Positions 23,793 through 37,499 of a stretch of 64,000 nt of DNA are shown here, in pieces (position 1 is the first letter of the stretch; every line of letters starts with the position of its first letter). A program made the translations under genes and the position numbers. Source of the stretch: Lama guanicoe (lineage: Eukaryota); NCBI GenBank assembly GCA_013239625.1, contig MU054001.1, positions 6,001,078-6,065,077 on the forward strand. Direction: 5' to 3'. The notes below the pieces were generated by a model that searched no databases, was not told the DNA's origin, and was given only the letters and a program-made list of their open reading frames with translations.

Positions 23793-24439
23793 GGGATGCT
23801 AATAGCAGAAGCCAGCCTTGCTCCTTTGTTCAGGGAGCTCGAGGACACCCTGCCAAATTTCCTGGAGCTCACTGACCAACTTCCAAAGCTTAAATTCTTG
23901 ATTTCATGTGTCAGATAAGGGAGAAATGTAAATTCACTACTTTTCCACATGAGGTGGTCATTAGTACTGTTCAGGAAACATTTCTGTTCTCCTGACACAA
24001 TGCAGGATTGCATGGCACTGCCCCCTTAGAGTTAGATGTGCACCTGAGACACTCTGGGCAACAAAATGTCTGGCCTCTTCAGGGGAAGGCTGTGAGGGCC
24101 AGTGTGTGATTGATCACATTCCCTCCTCCTCCCTTGCCCTCTGTCATGAGAACCAGCATTAAGAAGCAGGCTACTCCATCAGCCTCAGTCCTGGGGTCAG
24201 GAAACATGATGAGACCACCTCCCCTCCTATCTGCTATGGACGTGTGCCAGGAGTACCATGTAAGTCTCTGCTCTGATGGAGCAGCCCGCTCCAGTCCGCC
24301 CTGACTGATGGTCAAGTCCTTTTACAGAGGGGCTGTAAGTGGATCAAGGCCTGAAGGCACATTTGTTTAATGGATATTTTCTACTCCATTAGCCTAAAAG
24401 ATTCTCTCCTCCACCCACCAACCCTTCCTATGGCTCCAT

Positions 24440-24705
24440 CCTTACCTTCCAGGTCTCAGCTCAAGCATCACCAGGGGACTTCTTTGTCACCGATCTCCTC
24501 CCAGTCGCGTCACGCCTTCATCCTTCATCCATAATATCACTTGTCAAAGGCTGATATAATCCTGATTATTTGCTTCCCCACCAGTATAAAAACTCCCAGA
24601 AGGCAAGGACTTTTTCTTGTGTACCACTGTATCCTCAGTCCTTAGAACCCTGCCTGGCACCTCCCACTTCAATATAGCTCTTTGAATGAAAGAGTAATTG
24701 GATGG
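24440..24705 (+). mobile_element. L2 LINE 3' fragment
   Basis: TCAGCTCAAGCATCACC...AAACTCCCAGAAGGCAAGGAC...CACTGTATCCTCAG...TGCCTGGCAC...TGAATGAA. Confidence 0.65.
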
Positions 24706-25754
24706 GAAAGGAAGCAGCAAAGAAAAACCTTCATATATACACATGTCCTTCAGAGTCATTTCGGCTTACGATGCATCTTAGAAGCGAATGGGGGCTTGGC
24801 AAAGTTTGAAGCTCTTCTCTGTCCTTCAGACTCACTCTTAACTAACATGTGTGCTAATTAGAACACCTCATGAGAATATCTCAGTAGCAGTTCATTGCTC
24901 CAGCTCTTCCCTGGGGAACTCACGCCTCCCACATCATCCTCTCTGAACCACTGCCTGGTCCTCCAGTTGCCTTATCATTTGCTTCACTTGGGCAACCATG
25001 ACTCTCCACTGCTTCAGCTTACCTGTCATGTGGAGATGCCCTCAGACCAGGAGCCCCTGAGGACAGGGGCTGAAACTTTATACCTGTGTTTCCCGGGTCT
25101 CCAGCAGCTCCAGTCCTACAGGAGGAGTTTAGGAGATGCTGACAGAGAGGATGAACTGTCTTCAGTTGTCTGTAATTATATCCCACGTGTTAGTCTGGTC
25201 ACTCCGGGAAGACTAGAGCAAGGAGGCTGGAGTTCACGACTTTGTTTCTCCTTGTGTCTTCTTTGTGTCAAGCATGTAGTAAATGTTCAATAAATACTGA
25301 CTGATTTTTTTTCCCTTTCTCAGGACCCACTGTGTTTTGTCTTTCTCCCTTTACATGGAGACAGGTGTTCGCAGAAATAGCTGGTAAGCTTGCTGTAAAC
25401 TCCATCATCAGGGTCTCTGGGCTTCTAGAGGAAGATTAAGTTGGGGAGGGAGGCCACTGCCACAGGTGAATAAATACAGTGGCTTTATTTCCAAAACGTC
25501 TAAACCCCACCTTACAACACTCTGTCTGCGTAAAGAGTTTTGTGTCACGTTCAGGCGCATGAGGTAATTTTGGAGTGGCAGTCCAGGTGCCCAATAAACA
25601 TTAGCCAGATGAGTAAAGGAATGAATGGCAAAAACTCAGATGAGCTGCAAAATTAGAAGCTTCTGTCTCAGATGTAAATAACATAAGAAAATCAATTCTA
25701 CCTGGAAAGAAATCTCATTTTCTAAAACTCTTCTGTAACATCAAAACTATTCTT

Positions 25755-25940
25755 TTTTTTTAATGACTCTTTAAAAGCAGTCTTGTTTTATTTTTTGAGG
25801 GGTGGGGGGGAAGCGATAAGTAATTAGGCTTATCTATCTATCTATCTACCTATCTATCTATCTATCTAATGGTGGTACTAGGGATTGAACCCAGGACCTT
25901 ACGCATACTAGGCATGTGCTCTACCACTGAGCTCTACCCT
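25755..25940 (-). mobile_element. vic-1-type SINE with internal (TATC)n microsatellite
   Basis: tRNA-like head 25870-25940; (TATC)n at 25831-25868; TSD AAAACTATTCTT (25743-25754) / AAAATTATTCTT (25942-25953). Confidence 0.88.
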
Positions 25941-28900
25941 AAAAATTATTCTTCAAAGGAACTCTGAAACAATCCGATTCTCTCCTTTGATCTGAGATCT
26001 TGCTGGGAAGCCCTTAGAAGTTTCCATAAGATGCCAGAAGTGTCCTGGTCACTTCTGTTATGATAGTACAGTCACGCCCTCAATGGTGACCCGCAGATGG
26101 GTGCCTGGGGTCGGTAGCCATCCTGTGTCAGAGCTTTCCTCACAGCTGAGTGCCTCCATGCTCTGCACAGTGTGGACCCGGGGCCACAGGAGCATCTCTT
26201 GTCTGGTATAATCCCTGCTCTAATTGCGTTGGGAAGAGAAACCTGTAAATAAATAGCAGTTGTGAAGTCTGACGTTCTATCATAAGGGAATGCAAAGTAG
26301 AGTGGACACCATGGGGGAAATGGCTAACTGCCTGTTTACAGTCAAGGAAGGCTTTGTAAGGGATGCTTAACCTTGAGTGATGACTAGAAGAGGACATTCC
26401 AGCTCAGACATGGCTGCAAAAACGGAGGCGTGTGGAACAGCGTGGTGCCTTGGAGCCTTTCTGGAAACAGCAGGTGTTCAGCACTGCTGGGAAATGGGGC
26501 AATTCCATGCTGCCTTCAATCTGCTTTTCATCAAGTTTTTATAGTCTCTCCAGTACACAGCATCAAGCAGAAATGAGCGCACAAGCACACACACGCACAG
26601 ATGTGAACGCACAAGCACACTTGTTGGCACTGATGTAAATACACTTTGTGTGCTTCTCATTGCCCACCAAAGTCTGTTCTGAAGGCTCAGACTCACCTAC
26701 AAATGTGGGCACACACAAGGCTGGCGTGTGTTCCTCCAGTAACTGTGTAACCAAAGGAAATAGAGTTGGATCTTGGTCTGGAGAAATATTGGGGAATATC
26801 TCAACAAATAGAGCAGCTATATAATTCCTTGAATAATTTGGGGAATTTTGTTGTTGTGTTAAATTTAACAATCTGCTCTCCTCCGCATCTTTGTGTTGTA
26901 TCAAGTAATTTAGCAACGTCAGCTGCCAATCTCAGACCTTCCCAGCTACCTAAAAGACAGACGGGAGCCAAATTCATCATCCCCTTCTTGGATCTAGTGA
27001 TTGTAAGAACTGTCATAGCACCCACTTTACCTGACCAATAATCAGGGGTCATTTTGAATGACAGCTTTACAGTTTTTCATATAAACTCACACCCTTGAAA
27101 ATGGTATCGATTGTCAATATAACAGAATCTATCTGTATGTCACCTCAGCATCAAAATGCATATTCAGAACTTCTTTTCCTCAGCTTCGTTCTGGTAGGCT
27201 AGCTCCACGCTGGCAAAGTCTAGACACAGTAAGTGGGGAGATGGCAGGGGGACCCCACCAGCTGGGAGCCCTCTCGGTTGATGGGCCCTTTGTTTCTGCT
27301 CTCTGCTATCATTTTAGAGGTAATAATGCTTGCCTTGTTTAAATACCAGGCAATTACTTTTGTTTTCAGCAAACTCATGAGCAGAAAAGAGAATCACCAT
27401 GGCCTGGAGAGAAGGCAGTGAGTCAAACATCAGGACTTAAGCCTAGTAGCAGGCCACAGAGACAGTGCCACATCACCAGGGGCCTCCCAACCACCCCCGG
27501 TCACTGGACACCTGCTGTGTTCTCCATCCCCTCTAAGATGCCCAACTGGACTGCAAGGACCTACTAAAAATTTATGTTCTAACTAAATTACAGACTTCTT
27601 CCCTTGAAAGTTAACTGACTAGGGTTTGTTATCCGGTGACTAAACCATTATCACCTGTTACTCCCTAGAAATGAGAGGCCTCTGAGGGATGGAGAGAAGG
27701 TCCAAGGGTCAGAGAGTGCCTGGACGGGCTGCAGGGAAGTAAACTAGGATGGTCATAGGAGGGCAATGCCAACGGAGTTATGGGCTGAAGTGCCTGAGAC
27801 ATTCCCTGTCCATTTCATAACTTTGCTCATTTCCAGGATTTTATTAAAAAGCAGAAGATGGATTTCTCTCAATTTTTCTGAGCCTTCAGAAACTTCTTCC
27901 AGAGCAATTGGCTCATTTGAAAAGGTGAATCACATTTTCCCAGAAGTAGTTACAGATGAACTCCAATGTATGTAGGTGTCCTTGAAATAGAAAAAAAGAA
28001 AAAGAAAAAGAAGAAGAGGAGCAAGGCTGGGGTAGGGGCTGGTCACAGCACCGAGAGGAGTGCCAAGCAAACTTGACACCAGCAGGACAGTTGGTTCCGG
28101 CAGAGAGAGCCAGTGGTTCTACCACAGCATCCCAGCCCAGATGCTCAAAGGGAACTGCTGGCATTTTTTTTCACGCCACACACTCAAGATTCTCGCCTTC
28201 CCTCGAAGTCCAGCAGCCAGCGTTTGCAGGATGGTGATTTATTTCAATGCTGCTTTTATTAACAGCATCTCATATTTGGTCAAATCAAATCATCTTGCTG
28301 CTGCCCAGAATGTTAAGAAACAGCACAGGCAGTGAGCTACCTCATCAGGACATTCATACACACACACGTGTGTAGATTTAAAGCCAACGGACTTTAAAAT
28401 TTTTACTTTGCACTTTAAAACTCCTTCTGCATTTCACTCAGAAATGTGTTTCAGTAGGCAAGTCTATTACCCCCATCCCGTTGCTTCTTCCATGTCTCTT
28501 AAGACTCAAAGTCAACTTCTCCACAATATATTTTATAAAAATCTTTTTCACCTCTTGGTGGGGGCAGGGTAGGCGTGGTTTTTCATCTCTACAAGTCAAT
28601 TCCCTTTCAATGTTTTGAAGATTTTTATATCTTTAATAGCATATTTTGAAGAAGAAAGGGATCTCTCAGTTTGTGGATAAGAACATTATACACACAAATA
28701 CACACCAAATATTTTGGTGTCTGGAAAACAAAGCTGTGTATTTGTGATTGACAGGTCTTTTCAACACAGCAAATGGAAATCAGCTCGAGTTTTCCATATT
28801 GAAATCCTGTCTTTGTGGATTGCTTTGCCTCTGGCTAAGCCCTTGGAGAGAAGCTCCCCAAAGTGGGACGATGCACTGGCCTATCTCCCTTACCACCCTC

Positions 28901-29414
28901 GCTCAGCTGACTTGTTCAGGAGACTGTGGCTGGACAGGGGACTAGAGTGTGTCCATTAGAAGTCACTCCCCGCAGCCACACAAAAGGATTTTAAAATTGA
29001 GCTGTGATCAAAGCCTCCTCTTCTTGCTCTTTGTGAGACCCACGCCCAGACTGAAGCGCCCCCCACCCACACATGTGTGCACCTTATTAGGTGACTGTTG
29101 GTTATCTGTGCTCGTGGACGGTGGCTGCAAGGCTGCGGGAGGACCCCCTGTGGTTTCTACACGGCTTTGGAAGAAATAGAATGAACATGGTTCTGAGAGA
29201 GCCAAGGTATTTTCCAAATTACTTGTTCGACCTTGGCCTAATAAGACCCCATGTTATTAAAATGAGGTCACACAAAGCAGGGGTGACCAGCGATGGGATC
29301 TAGAGTCAGACTGGGGTGAAGAGTTTCAAGCTCAACCACAAAGCTGGTATCAAGAAAAGAACTGATTTTGAGGAGGTATGTTCTGTTCTTCTCAAGGCCA
29401 TAAAAAAAAAAAAT

Positions 29415-29560
29415 GGTGGTAAGAGACACACAGCAAAATGTACCTTCCTAGCCATTTTTAAGTGCAGACTTCAGTAGTAATAAGTACATTCACATGGTCG
29501 TGCAACCAATCCCCAGAACTCTTTTCATCTTGTAAAACTGAAACTCTGTACCCATTAGCC
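29415..29560 (-). mobile_element. L1MB-like 3' end fragment
   Basis: CCATTTTTAAGTGCAGACTTCAGTAG...CAGAACTCTTTTCATCTTGTAAAACTGAAACTCTGTACCCATTA. Confidence 0.8.
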
Positions 29561-31969
29561 TTTTAGCCATAAGAAACAGGAGCCACTGGCACCTGCCAAA
29601 GCTATGAAGAAATTTATAGGCTCGAAGGAATCCAAGGAAAGGTTGGGCAGTCAGCCACAGAAAGTCAGGGATGGACCTCGGGACCAGATGGAGGCCAGGC
29701 CTCAAATGCAACCAAACTCCTGTATCCTTGCTCCCTTCTACACCTCAGCTTCACTCCCGCTCTTTGCAAAGGGGAGACAGGTAAATGGCTGAGAAAGAGG
29801 CTACCAGCAGCTCCACATCAAGTTCACCCAGCAGAGAGACACTGGACTTCTGTGGTTCTAATATACATTCCTAGGGAAGAGGCTTATTGAATCAAGGACC
29901 AGAGACTCATTCCTGGACCAATCAGCCATGGCCAGGAAGGTAGGGACACTATCATTGGCCCAGCTTAGTTCAGTTGCCCTCCTCTGACCAATCAGCTCTG
30001 GCTAGAGGAGGGGCACGTAAGATCAAGACAGAACCCATGGGTAAAGAGCTCAAGGAGTTCCCGGCAGAAAGGGCCAGTGATGCTGGGCAGGTAGAGCAGA
30101 GGTATTTACCAGCATGCCGTTTGCTTCCTCTTCCTCCACCAGACGTCCACGTAGCCAGTGAGGCACTGTTTTGCTCCCACCCACTCACTGCGACGAGTCT
30201 TTCCAGGAAGCACCCCCTTCTCTAGAGCTTCCTTTTTCACTAGCGACAAGAGATAATGACATAACCATCTGCACGGTATCAGGCACACGTATCCTCTCTC
30301 CGTCTCACTCTCTCTCACTTTCCAACAAAAGATTATTCAAGTGTGATTCTTCCCAATGGTGTTTTTTTATTAAAAAAAAAAAAAAAAAAGCTAAAGACCA
30401 AAATCTTTTAAAGGCCCGCCACCCCAGATTCACCCCTGATGGAGGAATCCAAGGCACCTGGTCACCTGCTCTCCTGCCCCGAGCCAGCCAGCTCAGCTGA
30501 CTCCCTGTCTGGAACAGCCTTGGAGCTGCTGGCGAGGAGACGGAGGTTTTCTCCTGATTCTTGTTCTTATCCTAATTCCCCAGTTTCGTGACATTTAACC
30601 AGGCGGGCTCCATCTGTGTTATTATATTGGTCAGATTATCTTGCCTTTAAAGAATTGTCTCGGCATTTGGGCTGAGCAGATTTACAGGCAGGCAAACACT
30701 TCTTTTCCACAGCATATTATCTGAAGAGCAAAACTCAACTATGTCCTGAGAGGTTTACACCCCAGGCTGGCCAGGGCCATAAATCCACTGCAGCAGTGTC
30801 CTCACAGGGATCCCCAGAGAAATTTACATGGTGTCCACATAAAGCTCTATTTAAACTAACAGCACTGGGCCAGGTCTGTCTCCCATGTATTTAAAAGCTC
30901 CATCTGGATTTCCAAAGACATCTTGGGATCTGCTGCTCAAAGTCTGAGTCTAAGGCTACTGAACACCATTCACAACTTTGAATAAAGTCAGAGAAAGGTT
31001 TTTAAGTGCTTATGCTATATTTCTGATCATAAGATATTTCTGCCTTGAATCATAACATTGAGAATCAGGGTTTTCTTTATTAATCAGGCTTACTAATAGC
31101 CAGGATAAAGGGAAAGTTACTTATTGAGCACCTACTATGTGCCCACAGTGCATAAGATTGTGCTTAGAAATGCATGATCTGTGATCTCCAACCTCAGGAG
31201 ACTCACAGTCCACCACAGGGGAGCTGTGTCCATTTTCCTTTATGCTACTCAAGGAAACTTGATTTCCTTTGAAGAACAACCCTTCCTCCACTCTCAGATT
31301 GTGTGGATTCTTAGCACTGCCCCTTCTTAAAGCTCACAGATGGTCACCTGACTCAAGGCCAAACATTCAGACTGTTTCATTCCTCTGGCTGATTCATAAA
31401 AGGGCATATGACTCCAGAATTGCCCACCAGACTCATTTCTGAGACTTTTATTCGAATTATGGGGGAAAAGCCTTTCTGTTTGTTCTTTAGCTGGTAAGAT
31501 GATGTCTAGAGCATCTGGTGGTTATAGGCATCCCCATTTTACAGATGAGGGAACCAGACCACAGAGAAGGTAAGAAAATTGTGTAAGGTTATAGAGTCAG
31601 TTTGAGGACAAGCTGGAATCCAAATTCAGACAGCCTGCTTCTAGAATCCATGCTCTGCAAGGGTGCCTCGCATACAGTCCAGATGGCTCTCATTCCCTGC
31701 CAACAAGGAACTCCTCACACTCCCTATGGCTCCTTCTTCCAGGAGCAGACCCCTTCCAGAACATTCTTCCATAAGCAATGACCCCTGGCTTTGTTACATA
31801 CTGCGGGTTTGTAGGGCTGATCTCTGGGTGAAGAACCCAAGGACCAAAAACACAGGAGCAAGATAAGGCAAATAGCCCACCAGAGTCTAGAAAACGGATC
31901 CTTAGCCTGCCGTGGGCCTCTGGCCCTTTGAGAAATGTGATTCCCCAAAATAGTTTGTATACATTTGAA

Positions 31970-32400
31970 GGGTTGTACGTGACAATGTTCTGATTGCAAG
32001 TGACAGAATCATCCTGGTTCAAAAGAGGGGAGTACTGGTTCATGCTGCTGTGTTAAGAGCAAGGGTGCAGCCAGGTTAAGGGACAACTGGAACCAAGGAT
32101 AAGACTTTTGTTTTTTGTTTTTTATCTTTTTTCTTGGCCTCTTTCTCTGTGTTAGTTTCATTCTTTCTGATCTGTGGTAAACAACATGGTTGAAATTGAG
32201 TCCCCTTTCATATTGAAAAGCCACATTTTTACTTCAGCTCCAGTTCAAAATTATCCCAGGGAAGAACTCCAAATGGCCCTGGGGTGTGGACCCACCCCTG
32301 TAGCCATGGAAGCAGAGAACTGGGGTCAGCCTTGGTTATTAATGCAGGATAAAGGGCAATATACTCAGAAAGAGGATGTGGGGCAGACAAAACAATGATG
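31970..32400 (-). mobile_element. Old MaLR LTR (MLT1-type), antisense
   Basis: TTCTGATTGCAAGTGACAGAA...GGAACCAAGGA...TCTTTCTCTGTGTTAGTTTCATTCT; approximate limits. Confidence 0.55.
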
Positions 32401-32794
32401 ACCTCAATAAAGAACCCAGTGGACTGGACCTAAATCTATGTCTAAAAAATAGAGAACTGAGGATCTTATATGAATAATTCAGAGAAACACTTACCCCAGG
32501 TCCAGTTATCTAAATCATTCAAGGGAAATTCTTTGACCAAGATTATCCAGAATGTGGCCTCCAAATTTTTCCTTCTTTGCCAAAGAACTTATAGCACAGT
32601 GAAAATTACTTTAGAGAACAAAAAGAAAATATAGATTTCCTACTGGGAAACATAGTGTTCTGTGAGCTTGAAGCTTCTTGTTTCTGCATCTTAAAAGAGA
32701 AATAAGATACATTAGATCATATTGGTCTTGTCTAGGTTGTCTGTATCCAATATTAATTGTGCAAAATCCTTAGGAAATACTCAAGTGGGCTTTT

Positions 32795-35700
32795 AATTTT
32801 TTAATTTAATTTAATTTTATTATATTATTTGCAGGTGTACAGCACAGTCATTCAATGTTTTTTATAGATTATACTTCATTTAAAGTTATTATAAAATATT
32901 GGCTACATTCCCTGTGCTGTATAATATATCCTTGTTCCTTATTTATTTTATATGTAGTAGTTTGTAACTCTTAATCCCCTGTCCCTATCTTACTCCTCCC
33001 CACTTCTGTCTCCCCAGTGGTAACCAGTAGTTTGTTCTCTATATCTGAAAAGTCTGCTTCTTTTTAGTTATATTAGTTTGTTTCTTTTATTTTTAAATTT
33101 CACATGTAAGTGATAATATATAGTATCTGGCTTTCTCTGTCTGACTTATTTCACTAAGCATAATACCCTCAAGGTCTATCCATGTTGTTGCCAATGACAA
33201 AATTTCATTCTTTTTTATGGCTGAGTAATATTCCATCATGTATATATACTACATCTTCTTTATCCATTAATCTGCTGCCCAATTCCTATCTGGACTATGG
33301 TAAATAATGCTGCTATGAACATTGGGGTGCATGTATCTTTTTGAATTAATGTTTTTGTTTTCTTCAGATATATACCCAGGAGTCGAAATGCTGGCTCATA
33401 TGGTGGTTCTATTTTTAGTTTTTTGAGGAACCTTCATACTGTTTTCCATTGTTGGTTGTTCTCACAAATGGTGTACTAGGGTTCCCTTTCTCCACATTCT
33501 TGTCAAAATTAGCTATTTGTGGTCTTTTTGATGATAGCCATTCTGACAGGTGTGAAGTAATGTCCCACTGTGGTTTTGAATTGCATTTCTCTGATGATTA
33601 GTGATGTTGAGCATCTTTTCATGTGACTGTTGGCTATCTATGTATCTCCTTTGGAAAAATGTCTATTCAGGTCCTCTACTCATTTTTGTCAGGTTGTTTT
33701 TTTTTGTTATTGAGTTGTATGAGCTGTTTACATATTTTGGATATTAACCACTTATTGGTCATATCATTTGCAAATATTTTCTCTCATTCTGTATGCTATC
33801 TTTTAATTTTGTCAGTGGTTTCCTTTGCTGTGCAAAAGCTTTTAAGTTTAATTGGGTCCCATTTGTTTATTTTTGCTTTAGTTATTTTGCCTTAGGAGAG
33901 AGATCCATGCTATGATTTATGCCAAAGAATGTTCTGCTTATATTCTTTTCTAGGAGTTTTATTTTTTCAGGTCTTATATTTAGGTCTTTAACCATTTTTG
34001 AGTTTATTTTTGTATATGGTGTGAAGAAATGTTGTAATCTCATTGTTTTACATGTTACTGTCCAGTTTTCTTAGCATTGTTTTTTGAAGAGACTGACTTT
34101 ACTGCCATTGTATATTCTTGCCTCCTTTGCTGTAGATTGACTGTAGATACATGGGCTTATTTCTGAGATGTTCATCCTTTTCCACTGATCTATGTGTCTG
34201 TTTTTGTGCCAGAACCATCCTGTTTTGATTACTGTGCCTTTGTACTATAGTCTGAAGTCAGGGAGCATGATACTTCCAGCTTTGTTCTTTTTTTCAAGAT
34301 TATTTTGGCTATGTGGAGCCTTTTGTAGTTCCACATAAGTTTTATATTGTTTTTTATAGTTCTGTGAACAATGTCACAGGTATTTTGATAGGGATTGCAT
34401 TTAACCTGTTGATTGATTTGGATAGTATGGACACTTTACCAATATTAATTCTTCCAATCCATGAACATAGAACATCTTTCCATTTGTTTGCATTTTTTTT
34501 CATTTTTTAATCTGCATCTTATAGTTTTCCAAGTATACGTCTTTTACCTCCTTACTCAGATTTATTTCTGGGTATTTTTTTTTTGATGAGATTGTAAAGG
34601 AGATAGTTTCCTTAATTACTCTTTCTGACAGTTTGTTATTAGTGTTTAGAAATGCAACAGAATTCTGTGTATTGATTTAATATCCTGCAACTTTACCGAA
34701 TTCATTTATGAGCTCTAGCAGTTTTTTGGTGGTGTCTTTTAAGATTTTATATGCATAGTATGTTGTCATCTGAAAACAGTGACAATTTTACTTCTTCCTT
34801 TCCTATTTGGATTCCTTATATTATTTCATTCTCTTGTCCGATTGCTGTGGCTAGAACTTCCAATACTATGTTGAATAAAAGTGGCAAGAGTGGGCATCCT
34901 TGTCTTATTCCTGATGTTACAGGAAATACTTTCAGCTTCTCACCTTTGAGTATAAAATTATTATAAATGCCCTTTATTATGTTGAGATATGTCCTCTCTA
35001 TACCCAGTTTGTGCCTATAAATAGATGTTGAGAACTTTGTGAAAAGCTTTTTCTGCATCTATTAAGATGATCACATGATTTTTATTCTTCAGTTTGTTAA
35101 TATGGAGTATCACACTGATTGCTTTGTGGATATTGAACCAGCCTTGCATTTCTGGGATAAATCCCACTTGATCAGGGTGTATGATACTTTTATTATATTG
35201 TTGAATTCAGTTTGCTAATATTTTGTTAAGAAGTTCTGCATCTATGTTCATCAGTGACATTGGCTCATAATTTCTTTTTTTGCGATATCTTTTTCTGGTT
35301 TTGGTAGGTGATGCTGGCCTTGTAGCATTCTGTCTCCGCAATTTTTTGGAAAAGTTTGAGAAGGGTAAGTGTCAACTCTTCTCTAAATGTTTGGTAGAAT
35401 TCACCTGTGAAGCCATCAGGACCTCAACTTTTGTTTCTTGGGAGGTTTTTTTGTTGTTGTTACTAATTTAATTTCACTTGGTATATTCATATTTTTTATT
35501 TGTTCCTGATTTAGTCTTGGGAGAAAGAATATATGTTTCTAGGAATTTGTCCATTTCTTCTAGGTTCTCCATTTTATTGGCATATAATTGTTCATAGTAA
35601 TTTCTTATGATCCTTTCTATTTCTGTGGTGTTGGTTGTAAGTTTTCTTTTTTCATTTCTGATTTTATTGATTTGGGCACTCTGTTTTTTTCTTCAGATTG

Positions 35701-36630
35701 GATAAAGGTTTATCCATTATTTAAAATATATTCAAAGAACTAGTTCTTAATTCCATCAATCTTTCTATGTTTGTTTTGGTCTCTACTTCATTATTTCTGA
35801 ACTTTATAATTTTTTCCTTCTACTAATTTTGGATTTTGTTTGTTTTTTCTTTTCTAGTTGCTTTAGGTGTAAGGTAGGTTGTTTATTTCTGATTTTTATT
35901 GTTTTCTGAAGTATGCTTATATTGCTATAAACCTCTCCCTTAGAACTGCATCCCATAGATTTTGAATTGTTGTGTTTTTGTTTTTGTCTCCAAGTTTTTT
36001 TTTTAATTTCTTAGTTGATTTTTTCAGTGACCCCCTGGTTGTAGCATATTGTTTTGCCTCATGTGTTTGTGTTTTTGTGGGGTTTCTTTTTCCTTGTAGT
36101 TGATTCATTGTCTCGTTTTGTTGTGTTTGGAAAAGATACTTGATATAATTTCTATTTTCTTAAATTTACTAAGACTTGTTTTGTGGCCTAGCATGTGATC
36201 TATCCTGGAAAATGTTCTTTGTGTACTTGAAAAGAATGTGTATTCTGCTGCTTTAGGATGAAATGTTCTATGTATATTCATTAAGTCAGTCTGATCTGAT
36301 GTGTCATTTAAGGCCAGTATTTCCTTACTGACTTTCTGTCTGGGCGATCTATCCATTGATGTAAGTAATATATATAATTATTTTAAGTTGCTAATCTCAA
36401 GCTCAAATGCATTTTAGCAAGCCTGCATATTTACTCCATCCCCCCTCCATGTTTTTGACATCATATTGCATGTCTTATTTCAATACTTCTTATCGATATA
36501 GGTGATTTTACTACTTTGTCTTTTAACCTTTCCACTAGCTTCACATGTGGTTGATTTACTACCTTTACTGTATATTTGCCTTTACCAATGAGATTTTTCC
36601 TTTTATAATGTTTGTGTTTCTAACTGTGGC
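32795..36630 (-). mobile_element. 5'-truncated L1 (about 3.8 kb; decayed ORF2 plus 3' UTR) with intact TSD
   Basis: ORF2 remnants: endonuclease (HRTFHPKAAEYTFFSSTQRTFSRIDHMLGHK) and RT ([25 protein letters not shown]); TSD CTCAAGTGGGCTTTT (32780-32794) / CTCAAGAGGGCTTTT (36631-36645) at a canonical TT|AAAA site. Confidence 0.95.
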
Positions 36631-36954
36631 CTCAAGAGGGCTTTTAAAGATATGCTCATCTCCAGTTTAAGCCCCTTTCAATCTGCCCTCTGCATGGATG
36701 CCAAGCTAATTTGCCTAAAACACTACTGTATTATGATTCTCCATAAATTACTATTGCTTAAAGCTACACAAATGGAGTGTAAACCAATCACATCTCCAAC
36801 AATTCCATCTTGGGTTGCCTTCTTAATCCTACAAAGCTAAATTTCACTCCTGATGTCCTCATCTCCTCCTTTCAACTTATCCCAAACCTCCCTCATCCTT
36901 TAAAGTTTAGTTTGATTTCCACTTTTGTAGAGAGGTGTACCAAGTGTTATAGAA

Positions 36955-37312
36955 TGTACCAGTCAAATGTGTGCCTTTTATTATTTAATTCATTGCTAAC
37001 TTTTCCCTGTTCTGCTCTGCATGCAGGGAGCTGAGCCCTGCAAACTCTGTTTCTAAAGCTCCCTTGCCAATGGCTTCTAGGTAGACCTATCCAATAGGAG
37101 GTGAGACATTGTTGAGGAGTGGCATCTCTGGTAGTGACTAGCCTCCTCCATGGTCAGCCCTGGCTTCTGCTATTTCTAATCTCTGGGCTGCCTCACCAAC
37201 CCTGTTTGATTAAACACCTTTGTACCTTTTTAATGAGTCCTCCATATTAAAGTCTCTTCGTTTGGACACCTGGTATGGATAAATTTTTCCTGACTAGATC
37301 TTTTCTAAAACA
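36955..37312 (+). mobile_element. ERVL LTR (LTR33-like), degenerate
   Basis: GGAGCTGAGCCCTGCAAACTCTGTTTCTAAAGCTCCCTTGCC...CCAATAGGAGG...ATTAAAGTCTCTTCGTTTG...TTTCCTGACTAGA. Confidence 0.6.
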
Positions 37313-37499
37313 TAGTACCATCTCTTTAATCTCTCTTCTTTGATTTCACAAATAGATACTCTATATATTGCTTGTTTCAATAATATTCTCAATCTTCAAA
37401 AAGTAGTATAGTTTGAGCTATTTCAAATAGCACAAAATAATAAACAGGGAAGAGTTGATTTTTCATTCCAGATTTCTAGTCCTTTGTTTAAAGTACACC

